64,000 nt of DNA from Marsupella aquatica (lineage: Eukaryota > Plantae > Marchantiophyta): NCBI GenBank assembly GCA_973895155.1, contig OZ316892.1:19479869-19543868 (forward strand), in the 5' to 3' direction. The notes beneath the pieces were generated by a model, which did not search any database, was not told the DNA's origin, and was given only the letters and a program-made list of their open reading frames with translations. Of the stretch, positions 48,262 through 61,490 are shown piece by piece (position 1 is the first letter of the stretch; every line of letters begins with the position of its first letter). The translations under genes and the position numbers were made by a program.

Positions 48262-48617
48262 TGCACATCAGTGTTTCTTTTTTTTGCCTTGAAAACCAAA
48301 AGCAGGCCCATCCAACAGAGGATAGACGTCCTGCTTTGGAGCATGCATTTTGATGTACAGCAGCCACAAGGGGACAATACCCAGGGATCCGACAGGGACC
48401 GAGACCAGGAGGGAGAGAGGATTAAACCAGAACCCAAAGTGGGCAACCAGGACTGAGAAGATAATCAATACTCCCACCACTACACCCCACCCACCCACAC
48501 ACACATACCCTCCACACCCCTTATGTGTGGAGGGAGGATTGAACCTGGGACCTCTTGGTTCTAGGCTCATCCTCTGGCCAACTGACCAAAGCCAGTTGGT
48601 TTGCACATCAGTGTTTC
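48262..48617 (-). mobile_element. tRNA-derived SINE (48278-48601) with 16-bp TSD and A8 tail
   Basis: TGCACATCAGTGTTTC at 48262-48277 and 48602-48617. On the minus strand: A-box-like TGGTCAGTTGG (48578-48588), B-box GGTTCAATCC (48536-48545), and a poly(A) abutting the 3' TSD. Confidence 0.85.
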
Positions 48618-50208
48618 GCTTTAGAAAGGTGTCTGTTTGTTGTTGGCCAATCACGGCCTCTTTCTTTTTGTTGATAGCCAATCAGGACCCACGGACCGTC
48701 AGACTTCTCGAGAGCACTTGTGAGATGGATGTTTGAAAAGATTCTACAGTCATTGGAAGTAGAGTAGGATACAAACTACCTGTTTAGTTTGGAATAGTAT
48801 CTCAACCAATTCGACTTCCCCATTCCTAGGAAATGGAGTACAAGACTACAAGCAACCACAATTTGCACTTCTCCAAAGTATTTAATGCAATGGTATTTTT
48901 GCTTGCCACTTTCAGACTCCAGATTCAATTGTATTAATTTTTGTTTAGTCGCAGGGGGTACAGTTTCATTGTAATATGAGTCCCCTGTTTTATGGTCGAA
49001 GGTTGGACCCTTTGTTCCGGACTGATGCGTTGGCATATTCTTACTACAACAACAAAAAAAGATTAATGTACTACAACAACAACAAAAAGAAGTGGGATTT
49101 GCCCGAAGTTAGCCATCTTTGGACTAGAGTGAATACATATGTCAATAATGAAGAAGATGTCAAGAATAATGATTGGAATGCACATGCAGTTGCCCTGGTG
49201 AGAGAATATGTTGGTGACAAGTCTTAGGTCCAAGGAAAGTGTGTGTTGTTGGCTAGTCTAGCCATAGTGAGTTAAGTTGTGATCATGTTTGCCAGCCAAA
49301 AGTCAACTAAGGGTCAGTTTAAAAAACAAGTGTTTTTTTTTGTCTTGAAAGGAAATGAGGAAGAAAACTTAGAGCATCTCCAACATTGCTTACTATATAC
49401 ATTAAATACATCATAAAGTGTTGTCTCTTTTAGGGGGGCTTTACAAGAACTTGGGGGCAGCAATTCCTTTTTTCCTAAGTGAGAGATGCAATCCCAGCCA
49501 TTCATATGTGGGAACTGGCCACACTTCACTTTACATGAACTTGGGGGCACAATCAACCAAAAGCATTACCCAACCTAGTCATCTATCAATGGGTCCCTTT
49601 TTCTGCTGATGTGTGCAAGCTTTTTTGTCAAAAACTTAGACCTCCTCTTGAGGTGGTCTAACAGTTAGATATTGCTCTAGCTAGTCTTGTGACTCATGAG
49701 CTAACCACAGTTAGTCTAACTTGGGTTAGGACTTAGCTAATGTTAGCGGTAGTGCTGTTGTGTATATAGCCAAGGTTGATGCCAGACCCTGGGTGGAACT
49801 TAGGCTCATTGTTACAAAGCTAGTTGAGAGATAGGGAGAGCTTGTGCTGTGGATGCTTGGTATGGCCGGTCAGCCTAGAGTGCAGTAAAGCTCTTGTGTG
49901 TTCCCGTGGACGTAGCCTCATGTGGAGGTGAACCACGTATCTCTGTGTGTCGACTATTGTGCGTTGGATGGTTCATGGGCTTGCAGTTGCGAATGTCATC
50001 TATGCTTAACACTAACAACCTGGAGCAAACGGCCGCTTATTTTCAGGGAATTGCATTGATAAATTCCAAACCTGACACATTTTGGCTCACACATTTTAAC
50101 TTTTGTGTAAGGAAATGGCCATCAGCTTTGCTTTGGATGGAGAGACACAAAACAGCCCCCATCGTCTTGTAAAGGCCCCCTTGTGGGCGTCACTATGCCC
50201 TCACAAAC

Positions 50209-50480
50209 GCTAGCCCCCCTAGAGGACATTCCTGTCCCACTTGCTGATTTGGTTAGGACATTGGATGTGAACCATTAGCTTTTGTCACATATTCCAATGT
50301 AGACACCAGTCATTGAGTTTGCACTCATGTAGTGTTTGACACTTTTCTCTTTTTATTTGTCTTTTCTAGGTTTATACTTGCTTTTCTTTTTTCTGGTTAT
50401 ATAGGTGTTTGTTCACTTTGGAACTCGTTTATTTTCCTTTCATTGTACTTTGTTTTTCCCCGAATTATACATTTGGAGGT
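50209..50480 (+). repeat. Dispersed repeat, diverged copy at 54721-54990
   Basis: GCTAGCCCCCCTA.AGGACATTCCTGTCCCACTTGCTGATT...CCATTAGCT.TTGTCACAT.TCCAAT...TTGAGTT.GCACTCATGT at both sites. Confidence 0.85.
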
Positions 50481-51529
50481 GTTCTTGGCTCCTTAGTATC
50501 AAAAACTATAACACAACTAGCCCCCATGACCCATTCCTTGAAAGTAAATAGATATGAATAAAAATCTTGCACAAAAATTTAATATGCTATTTTGGTTAGT
50601 CTTTGCTCCATCCTTGTTTTTTTCCATACGCATTTCAGTTTTGTCTATATTTAGAGTCAGTGTCACTTTTGTCGATCATTTTGACCTTATTGAACCTTAT
50701 TATTCCTTTCAAGGACTAAGGGTCTAGATTCTTCACACTAGACCTAGGCTCTTAAGAATAGGCTTCTATTGGCACTTTTATAGTAAGATCTTACGCTTTT
50801 TTATGCACTGGTCGCATTCAAAGGCTTCTCTTAGTTTACCTTTTTTATGTATACAAAGTGCTCATCCCTCTACTATCCATGTTATACTATGCTTCTCCCT
50901 CTACCATCCATGCTATATCATGCATGCTACACCATGCAGGGCTCTTCCTTCCACCATCCATGCAATACTATGCTCCTCTCTCTAGCATCCATGTTGTATA
51001 ATCCATGCATACAGGTCGGGATACAGGTGCTACATAATAACAAGAGTTTAATTGCAAATATTATATAGTTAATAAAGTAGTGCACAATCAAATCAATGAG
51101 GGGAACGAGGAGGCCACTGATAAATAGAGGGAACCAGAAGAAAGGGGGAAGGGGGCAAAGAGAGGGATTGGTTGTGGTGGGGTGTTAAGCTTTAAAAGGA
51201 AAAAAAATTATAAATCAATAAATCAATCATTCTCTCTTTGTTATACTTTGGTGGTCAATGACGCCTCTCTTTTCTTGGTTTTTAGAGGTTTCCTTTTGCT
51301 CACTTCTTTTAGTTCCTCTTTCTTGGTTTTTAGGGGTAACTTTCCTTTTGCTCACTTCTTTTGCGTTTGGTTTTGTCCACTTGGGACCTCTCTTGTTTAT
51401 TCTTTTGTACTCTGTTTGGCCCCTTTTCTGTAAAAAGTATGTATATATTCTTTTGAGTCATGATGTGTTTTATTCAATGAATGTTTTATTCAATGCAATG
51501 AGATCTTTCTAATAAACAAAATCTTTTAT

Positions 51530-51987
51530 TCAAGCTATCTTTTGCACCCTGATAAACTTTCTCACCTACATCTTTACCACAACAAGGGGCACAACATCAT
51601 CTATTATGCATTGACATCTTTTGACAAACAATATCTTTTAGTAAATTATAAATCACATGTTTTGCGCAACGATATAATTTACTTTATGACATATTTTATG
51701 CAACAACGTCTTTTACTTAATGGCATCTTTTGCGCAATATATAACATCTTTACTTAACAACATCTTTTGAGAAACCACATATTTCCTTAACAATATCTTT
51801 TACTTAACAACATCTGTTACTTTAACAACATATTTTGTGCAATGACATATTTTATTAACAACATCTTTTGGGCAACCACATATTTTATTTAATGACACCT
51901 TTTGCGTAATGACATCTTTTCATTAAGGACTTCATTCTTTATATAATGCAACAACAGGTTCTGTGCAACGCACTGGGATTGAACTTG
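51530..51987 (+). mobile_element. Helitron-like 3' region with ACAACATCTTTT minisatellite
   Basis: Repeats of (C)AACATCTTTT(A/G), then GTGCAACGCAC-TGGGATTGAA-CTTG|T; an inverted relative of 38616-38810. Confidence 0.5.
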
Positions 51988-54720
51988 TACTGTATATAGC
52001 AAAGATTGTACATCAAAAAGCAAGCACAATGGTTACTGAGTTTGTTTTGGTACCTCCTGACTTAGGCACCTTGGATACTAATCATTAGGTCTTGGAACCC
52101 AGGAATGAATTTTTATTCAATCAAGGCACTACACAACAGCTCATATAAAAATCCACTAACTGAAAAACCCCAATAAGCTAACAAGTGAATAGCATTACAG
52201 TCGGGATTACAGTAAGGACAAGTGAATTGCATTACGGTATTAAACCTTTGGAGTAAGTTGCATATATGCATACACAAGGGTACATTTGTTTATGGAACCG
52301 TCAAACAATTCCATTTTTTGAACTGATGGCCAAATCTTGGTCCCGCATATGTTGTATTGTGTAAGCGGACTACAATGAGAGAAGGACAGGATCACATATT
52401 ATAGTAAGTTTTTAGGGCCTGGGTACATAGAGACAGATTTATTCAAAATAGCCCCATTCCATTGCGTAATTGTTGCTGTGGTCGGATTGTACGTAATAGC
52501 AAAAGTGTTGGGATAGGAAGAATGTTGTTGCCAAAGTGTCATTAATGCAGAGAGTTTGTCATTGTGAAAAGTGTTTTCCTTTTGGAAATGTTGTTACTGC
52601 ACAAATCTGTGTTGTCAAATGGATCCAATTGTTGTAAAGTACCGTTGATTGTATGCATATACGTCGCTACACAACATTTGTCACTTATCATACACATCCA
52701 ATCATGGCACGCATCAAATTCCCTTGGGAATCACCTAGTGTAAAGCCCATAAAATACATGAGAAGACCATACTCAAATTTTGAAAGAAATAATAAAATTA
52801 AAAAATTAAAAACAGCTTGTACCTCTTATTAGAAAATACCTTGTTCAATGTAATATTTTTGCCAGAATCAGATTTTTAAATGCCTATAGTAAAATCTTTT
52901 GATTTTTATAAGTAATTATAGTTCAATAAGAATTAAGAAAGCTTCATTTGTTCCCACCCCATTCTAATAACTCAATGAGTGATTCCTCATGGTCAAAATC
53001 ATACTCAAAATTGATTCAACATCAAAAGATGTTTTGAGCCATCACAAAGGGATACCTATTCCTTGCAGGCAAAGCCCTACCCACTCTTATAGTACACATA
53101 CAGAAGCCCTATTTAAACCTTGATAGCATGAAGTACTACCATACTACTTAAAATGGTGTGACAAACCCGGGGTCCTCACTGTCTTCTTTTCTTCTGACCC
53201 ATCGCGCACAAAAAAGTTAGGGGTTTTTGTAATTCAATTGGGTGGAAGACTTGAAGAATTTTGTTGAAGAAAAATAGGTGTATTTTTTTTAGAATTATAA
53301 GAACTAGGAATTTTCCAAAGGGCTAGGGGTTAAAATAGTATTAAAATCTATTTTTCATAATAAAATTTAGGGTGTTTATTGGGGTGCTTATTACTTGAAA
53401 AAGTTTGCACATGAAATGGGACTTTCCTTTGAATGAGGCCCCTGGGTGATAAATCAAGGGTTGTTCAATGATGCAAACCCTTATGCAAACAAATTGGGTG
53501 AAGACATTCAGTTGAAAAAACTTTGACTACAAAGTCTGGGCCATGTTCTCAGTGAAAGACATTAGAACTTTGATAGCCAGCAGCACCTTGTGGACCATAG
53601 CTGCCCCCACCCAAAAAAAAATTTAAATGGCTATTGCTTCTGTTTTGAGGGGCTATTATTGCCCATAATGATCTCTTAACAGTGTGTTAATATAGTAAGA
53701 GGCAAAAAAAATTGTTATTTTATTACTAGTAGTAAAAGTAGATTGAGATGTTTCATAAGAAAGTTAAGCCTAGATGGATTGGCCCTTTTAACTTTCATCT
53801 CTTACAAAGGTTGAGGAGGGGTTCCCTCCCATTCAGGTTCATTTTCAAGACGCACGGCCCTCACTACCGGATCTTGCAGGTGCATTACCTTCTTTTCAGG
53901 AGCTTTTATCCTTGGACCCTCTCCGTCTTTAATTAGGTTGACCTTGTTGAGCATATGCACACTTTCACCCTCTATAGCATCCTTGCCGAGGCACCTGAAA
54001 TAGACTGAGCTTTGATTATTTCTTTTAGAGGGAAAGGAGTTGGAGGGTGGCTTCAGGCCAATCTGACCATCCCTCATTTGTAAATGTCTTCCTAAGAGTT
54101 CTTGACCACCATTCATCTTAGTCTAGGGCTACCCGCCCTCTTCTTGTAGGTCTACCCACTTCATGCACATGTGGGAAGCCTTGTGATGCCACAAGGGTCC
54201 ATTTTCTTGGATGCAGTTTGGGAGGTGAAACCAAAGTTATTCAAAATGTTGTGAGAAATGCTACAGTTCAGGTTCTCTCTGATCTTTGGTATATGTGTGA
54301 TGGGAGGTGATGCTCAAGCTAGCTACCTGGTCCTCTACCACAACGATTACGAGTTGATCTGACCATGGTCTGTGATATTGGCGTACTTTGGCAAATGTTG
54401 TGGTAGCAAACCCTTTGCGTGGAAACCTCATTGAAATAGCGGCGGCAACCGCATCCCGGGCGGCCTTGACAAAAGGAGACAACATGTGTCGCTCGAGCTT
54501 GATGTGATACCTTCTTCCCCCTTGCAATCTTTGGGTGTCTTCATTATCAGTTTGATGGGCTTCTTTGACAAGGTGCTCGTCAATTCACGGACGTATGGGT
54601 CCCTCTGGACCCCCACTATCCATCTTGACTAAGCACCATTTCAATGGCCTTACGGCGTGCCCAAGCTGGAGCAATTTATTGTCAATCCCTCATAGCGAGC
54701 GCCACTGTGCCTTCGCAGAT

Positions 54721-54990
54721 GCTAGCCCCCCTAAAGGACATTCCTGTCCCACTTGCTGATTAAGTTAGGACATTTGATGTGGCCCATTAGCTCTTGTCAC
54801 ATTTCCAATCATGTGTACACTAGTCCTTGAGTTCGCACTCATGTTGTGTTTGATGCTTTTCCCTTTATCTTCTTCCTATTTAGGATTGCACTTGCTTTCT
54901 TTTTCCTTGTTTGGTGTTTGTCCTCTTCAAACCTCTTTTTCTTTCCTTTCATTGTACTTTGTTTTTTCCTGGTTCATAAATTTTGGTTGA
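54721..54990 (+). repeat. Dispersed repeat, copy of 50209-50480
   Basis: See 50209-50480. Confidence 0.85.
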
Positions 54991-56425
54991 AGTTTACTAC
55001 TATTGAGGAGTTTGTTTTGCCCATCTCCATGGAATGTGACATGCTCCTTCACTTGATTTACATCCAAATTCACACCTCCTGGCTATCTTTGGAAGGAGTT
55101 TTGAGAAGTACTCCAAGATTAGTTTTTCCAGTGTCCTGATAAACTGTAAAATGTTGGTTTTTAACAGATTTGTGCATTTATTAGGACAAATTTTTGGATC
55201 TCTGTTCAAGCCCAAAGTTTTCCGGCATGTACTTTGATGTCCAATCTATTACCTGAAAACTTTCAGATTTTTTGAGATCATTTACTCCATTGCCAATTAT
55301 TAAATATTATTTGCCAAGGGATGCTTCATTTTTGTGAAAGATGCCCAGAGTACTTAGGGCACCAACGTACCACTTAGGGGAAGGGGTCACATTTTAGTTA
55401 AACTTTAAGAAGTGCTATCCAAGCATTTTTTGATGTTTTGAGTCAATCCATCTCAATTTTGGAAATTTATGGGGGGCCTTCATAGCAAACCCCTCGGTCA
55501 ATCCATGCTTAACATTAGTTTTTCATAATGCTCCCATCCAAATATGGACTCTGTACCAGGAATTACAAAGAGAAAACTCACGAAGGCAATGAAGGGTTTG
55601 AAAGGGTCACCAACTGATCACAATCAGGGAAACACTTGGTTCACCAGAATACCCCTCTGGTTCCATTCAATCGTCTGAGGACCTCCTCCCCCTTCCCAGA
55701 TAGAAAGGCAAAGGCTTAGGATGGCTGCGTGGAATCTAGCTGACCGTGTTGAGAATCTCAGAGATGGTAGGCCATCGAAGAAGATCTTTTTACTCCCCCC
55801 AAAAAGAATGGCATGCAAAGGTGTAATGGAATCAAAGCTGTCACCAAATCAGAGGCTACTCAGAGCCTCTCCTTCAATCGCGCCAATTGATCAACCTTGA
55901 AACGCCAGAGGTACTTCAAATCTCTGGAAATCTAGTCAAGTGTACTCTTGAGTCTAAATCTGTACCCCGTCAAACCACTCTAAGTAAATCTTGCCTGGCT
56001 TAACCTCTTGAAAGTGAATGGTCTGTCTGAAACGTCCACAAAAAGAGGTGTAGTAGCGGCTTCCCAATCCTCTGCAAGCAGAGCTCACAATTTTGCAGTT
56101 GTGGGTCTCTCTCTGTCTGTGATATGGACTCCTCCGTAGAGAGTTTCGGGAGTCACTGACGACGTGGGTGTCTGATTCCATTCCGGCACTTCTGTCTTTC
56201 GCTTTGTGAAACAAACGAGAGCAGTGAGGGTTGGACACCTTCTTGATCTCGAGAGGTGGGTACTTCAGTAGTGAAATTGAGGCAGGGAATTGGACAATTA
56301 GGGAGTTGATGAGGCAGTGAATTGATCGGCTGAAGAGGTCGGCGACACTTGCTGTCTGAATCAGCTGTGTGGCTGGCCCAGAGGGGCGGCGAGCAAACTG
56401 AGAAGGTGTAACTGTTGGTGCAAGG

Positions 56426-59400
56426 ATGGCACTCCACGTTTTGTCGTCTGCCTCATTGACTCTACCAGTGCAATTGGCTGCTCCTCCGTTCTGTAAGGGA
56501 AGGCAGCCTCACAATATTGGAATATGTTCGTCCGGCTGGTGTTTCCAGTAAGTTCCTCCTTCACGTTTCCTTGTATTTCTCTCTCTGTGAATAGACACCA
56601 TTTACTCTGGAATTTTGGGCTGATAGATATGCTAATCTTTGGATTGATGATGCCATCAACAATCTGATGTTTTGTGTAGAAAATTACGCAGAGCGAGATG
56701 CTCTGCCACCAGCGAGAAGTCCGGAAATCGGAGTGGCGAGGCTCCCAAAACCACTCTTCCAATTCGTGATTTCTATCAACTTCTTGGCGTTCCTGTCGAG
56801 GCCACTTCAGGGGACATTCGTCAGGCTTATAGGAACCTTCAGAAGCAACATCATCCAGACATTGCCGGAAAGAAGGTCTGTAAATTTTTTCTTACACATG
56901 CACCTTTAGAAGAAACATCATCCAGACATTGCCGGAAAGAATTTCTGCAATTCTTTTCTTATCCATGCACCCAACTTCCCATTGGTGATCTTCGGGTCAC
57001 ATTCCTTTGTTCTTCTCACTCTCTTCTAGGTCTTGCAGTAGTTGCATGCATGTTCTCTGGGATGTATTAAGCTCTGCTTCCAGGCACGTCGTTATGTAAC
57101 TATCCTGTAGTATGAGAACTTAGAGTTTGGGGAATTTTTTCGTACGATTGACTGACTAACTGATTTACTTTAAAAAGATTACGGTATCTTACTTGACATT
57201 GGCAAGACAGTTGAGACTCGAATGGAATGTTTCCCTGGTACGTTACATTTGTCAATGTCGATTTTCTGACGTACGTTAGCATTGTTACCCTGGAGCAGGG
57301 ACATGCAATGACATTGTTATTGAATGAAGCTTATCAGACTCTCATGGATGAGAATCTGAGGACTGCATACAACACGGCTCATTCCTACAAACAGTCCATG
57401 CAGGGAGCAGGCTATAAGACCTTTACCGGTTCCCCATACAGCACGTGGGTTGGTCCTGATCGCCCGCAAGGCGTGTTTGTGGATGAAAACGTCTGTGTCG
57501 GTATGGCTGAAGCTCATTATAACCATTATCCATAACCTAAGGGTTTTGCTTCAATTTCTGTCACTTCTGGCACTTAGTCAGGTTGCACCTTCGGGTACAT
57601 GCCCCGTTCAGGGATCTACAATATTCAGAAGCAGTCCTGTCAGACATGATTATAATTGTTAGGATCTCGTACCATCCAAACTTCTGCTGAGAAATTGAGA
57701 CTTAATAGACGGGTTACGTACTTATAGCTCTTTCCTGCACTAGTAGATTTGGCTTCTCGTAAAACTTAAACTAGGTTGCCCCAGTAAAATATTCTGTCTC
57801 ACGAGAGTATCATTCCAAGCTCATATTCAGTCTTAAGTCTTCTTGCAGGGTGCCGTGAATGTGTTCATGTTGCATCGAAGACCTTCACAATGGATGAAAA
57901 CACAGGTTGCGCTAGGGTGAAAGCACAATGGGCAGATCCTGAGCTTGTGGTGAAAGTAAGTATTTGGAATATTTAGTAGCGAATCTTGGGTACGGTACAA
58001 GTTTCATTTTGAAAGATCCCAAAATTAAGGTTCATAATGGCAATCTGATTCCGAAACTCAGTCTTCTGATCTGTAGATGGCGAGGGAGGTGTGCCCTGTG
58101 AACTGTATCCACTTGGTAGAGCGTGAAGACCTAGCCTTTCTGGAATATCTCATACGCCCACAACTGAAACCAAGCAATGGAATATACGGTGGGGGCTGGG
58201 AACGTCCTCGCAACGTTTTCATGGCTGCGGCCACTCTTAAACGCCAGGCAGAGGAGAAGAAGGCTACAGCTGGTTTGTCTTTCTGTTATAGACTCACAAG
58301 TGTAATGAATCAGAAGAAAAGCTTGCAACTCGCTTGAATGCTGTAAATGTTGTCTAATTTTCCTTTTTTTCTCAGTAAGAGTTGACATCACTAATCACCT
58401 CACCTCTGGAATTTTGGAGAATGGTGAATTTTAAAAATCAAGCTTGAAATCCTCTTCAAGCTCTCGATAAACTCGATTATCTGACTTTTAGTTGTGATGG
58501 CAGCATCTTCAGTAGGTCAGGAAACACCTGCCCAGATGAGGGCTCGTGTAGCAGCAGAGCTTCAGCTCCGCATGGGTCCATTATGGAATCTTTGGTCCTG
58601 GGCAGGTCAGCCCTCTGCAAACGAATGGTGGTTCAAGGACAGTCCTCAGTCCGGGAATGAATGGTCTTGGAAGGGCCTCTTTGGGCGATCGAGCACATCA
58701 GACTTGCTAGTCCTTCCCGTCAGCAAAGAAAACGTCTCCAAGGTGGGTAATCTTTCTTCAGTGTGGGATCAAGATTCTTTCTTGCATTGTGAATCACTAT
58801 ACATTCAAAATGCTCTATTACGTGCCTTGTAGTGGATTGGTGCTCTCTCCACTATGTGGCTGGGTACTGCTTCATTTGAACAGTTTACTAATATCAAAAT
58901 CTGCACCACGAAATCTAGTATTTGAGGTATCGCTGTTCGTTAGAGTCGTTTCATTTCCGTTCACTTCAGCGACTCTCGATGTGAACTCCAAATTCCAGTA
59001 CCCGCAATACAAGTGCCATAACAAGGCTGAAAATCTTTTAATGTGGCACGGTAAGTGTTAAGGTCCAAATGATCTGTCAACCTATTTGATTATGTTTATA
59101 CAAGCAAATTGTGGAAGTATTCCATATTGTTCCCCACTCTCATCCTGTGTGATGTAACATGTACATTCAGACTATTGCAGGCGTTCAGGAGTGGGCGTCT
59201 ACATTTGCATCGTCCAGCGAACTTCCACTGCCAATGCCCTTTCGTACAGACAACCTTCCCAACGGTGTTCAGCTGACTCTCATCAGTGCCAGCAACGGGA
59301 CAATTTCCTCTGTGGGGAGTCTAGTGGTGACAGTTGAAGAAACTTCCGCATCTGAAAAGGTTGCACTGGGAGAGCCCTACGATGCTGAAGCAGATGAGCA

Positions 59401-59548
59401 AGACAAGGAGAGCTACTTTCGAGTGAGGAGAGAGGGCACAACTGGCACTGGAGCCCTGCCAGGGGAGGGTCGCATTGTGAAAGCTCTGAAGGACGCTGTC
59501 TTGGGCCGTGATGCCGCCTACAATGCCTACCGTTTGCATCGCCAGTAG
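56426..59548 (+). CDS. Plastid DnaJ protein with J domain and 4Fe-4S ferredoxin domain (DJC76/DJC77/CDJ3-like), 7 exons
   Basis: Exons 56426-56547, 56680-56875, 57299-57500, 57849-57955, 58077-58272, 58504 (or 58516)-58743, 59171-59548, with GT-AG borders in consistent phase. DFYQLLGV...IRQAYRNLQKQHHPD; FVDENVCVGCRECVHVA; CPVNCIH; QEWASTFASSSELPLPMPF. Confidence 0.93.
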
Positions 59549-61149
59549 AGTCTTCCATCTCGACTCTGAGTTGTTCTCCTACCTACCTTCGAATCCCCTG
59601 TGGCTAGAACCTTTGAATTAAAGGAGAATTTGACTAGAACAGGAGAGTTGATGGGTACCCTAATCTGTCGACATATCACGAGACGACAAGCACTGCAGTC
59701 TCTCGCAGTCACATAGTTTCCTTACCGATCGTGTAATATAAACAGTTTGTTATGTAGCCCTGCTGGAAACTGCTGGGTCATTGGAATCCTAATTTCTAAT
59801 TAGTTCCTAGAAGCCATTTACAACGATACGCAGAAGAGAAAACAGTGGTGAATATTTTACTTTCCACGTTGTCTAGGATGGTAACTTACGTTGGTCTTGA
59901 CGCGGAGATTTGTGGAACGAATCACCCGTGAAGGGTTTGGACATTTCAACAACTTGGAGCCCATTGTCAATGAATCCAAATGATGTGGGTCAATTGCTGG
60001 AGTTAGTTCAAAGTTTTGCTCGCAGAGAGGTATTTTTTTGTGCGATGACCAACAGACCGTATTTGGTTTGTGGTGTGACGATAGACTGATGATCGATGAC
60101 ATGTCTCTCTCATCACTGACTGGAGTAGTCGTCGTTTTTCACAACATTCATTAGTCAGGTCTCAGCCAACTAAATCGAATACCACAAACTGGTTGAAAGT
60201 CTAGACATCATGGTCCCGCTGGATGGAAATGTGTTTGGCGGACTCCTATTCTCCATACAACAAGCGAAGGGTGAGGAAAATGCTGAGAAGTTAAACCGAA
60301 ATTTCTTGACCACGCAGAAACTGATACACATCGTCACACTATTAAACCGTCCTCGAAGAAATAACCCTGGGTTATATACACCGTGCCTTTCTGAAGAGTC
60401 TGACCTTCCAAAAACAGCAAAGAATTACTTCTAGAAATTGGGGTTTCCGAAGTGGAATTTCGAGAGCAGACATGTGTAAGCGCATTCCCTCTCCCATATC
60501 GTGGTTTTCATTTGCTGTGCGAGGTGTGATGAAGACAATTTCTGTAAGTGATGGTTGAAGCGAAGCAGCAGCTACAAGATTTTCCGATAACAAAGGATTG
60601 ACGTATTCGAAAGAGACCGACTTTGCATTGGCACGACATCTCTGCCAGAACTCCTCATCGGTCGATTGACAAGTTGGCCCACAGGTGATTGCGCTATTCT
60701 CGTAATTGAAGAGTGAAGGCAACAGTCCGGATCGACCGACCCCTTGCAGTGATACGTGATTGAAAATGACTTTGTGAGAAATTAGCACGTTTCTATTCGA
60801 GAAAGGCAGCATCTTGGTAAATTTGGTTCCACGAATGTCTCCCAGCGACCAAGAACTGTATTCACCAATACAGGGAGACGAAGGTTTGACGACCGGTGCT
60901 AGGCACGAAGTTGGTGACTAACCGTGTTGTATGCAGACACGGAATATTTGTCAGCATTTACAAATCCAGTACCGTATGTTGTAGGATTTAGGGCTTTACC
61001 CATAGCCTCCCACCGTAATAAGACCTGGACCAAGGATTGAACGGTCTGACTACATAGCTTGAGAATCTTGATCAAACCTCCAAGACTGTAGGAGATGCGG
61101 ATGATGATGCTCCGTAGTGATCGTTGAAATCAGGCTAAGATGGAGGAGA

Positions 61150-61292
61150 AGAGCCAGGAAGATCAGCCAGCGTCCTAAGTCATCAGTCTGAGATAGAGGA
61201 GAGCCAGGAGGATCAGCTCGCATCCCAAGTCATCAGTCAGAGACAGAGGCAAACACCCAGGAGGATCAACCATCATCCCAAATCATCAGTCA
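61150..61292 (+). repeat. Three ~50-58-bp degenerate repeats upstream of the orphan ORF
   Basis: CCAGGA(A/G)GATCA...CC(C/T)AA(G/A)TCATCAGTC three times, followed by TATTTAA at ~61349. Confidence 0.75.
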
Positions 61293-61490
61293 ATGGCGCC
61301 TCCTCTCCTGAAGTTAGCAGCCGGCTGGCATGTTGGTTCTTCTCTTTGTATTTAAGCCGAACATGGAGTGGAGCATCGACATTCCCCTCAGTATTGCGCT
61401 CGACTATATCTTCGGTCGTCGGTCTTTGGCTGAGAGCTTGGCTGAGAACCTTTCACAACGTATAGGATCCAGGCCCCTTCCGCGTTCGTG

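Noticed and set aside
48520-48600. Functional tRNA gene
   Set aside because: A/B boxes are present but there is no convincing acceptor stem; the TSD and poly(A) identify a SINE.
53800-54720. Transposase-like remnant next to the dispersed repeat
   Set aside because: Short broken frames with no diagnostic motif.
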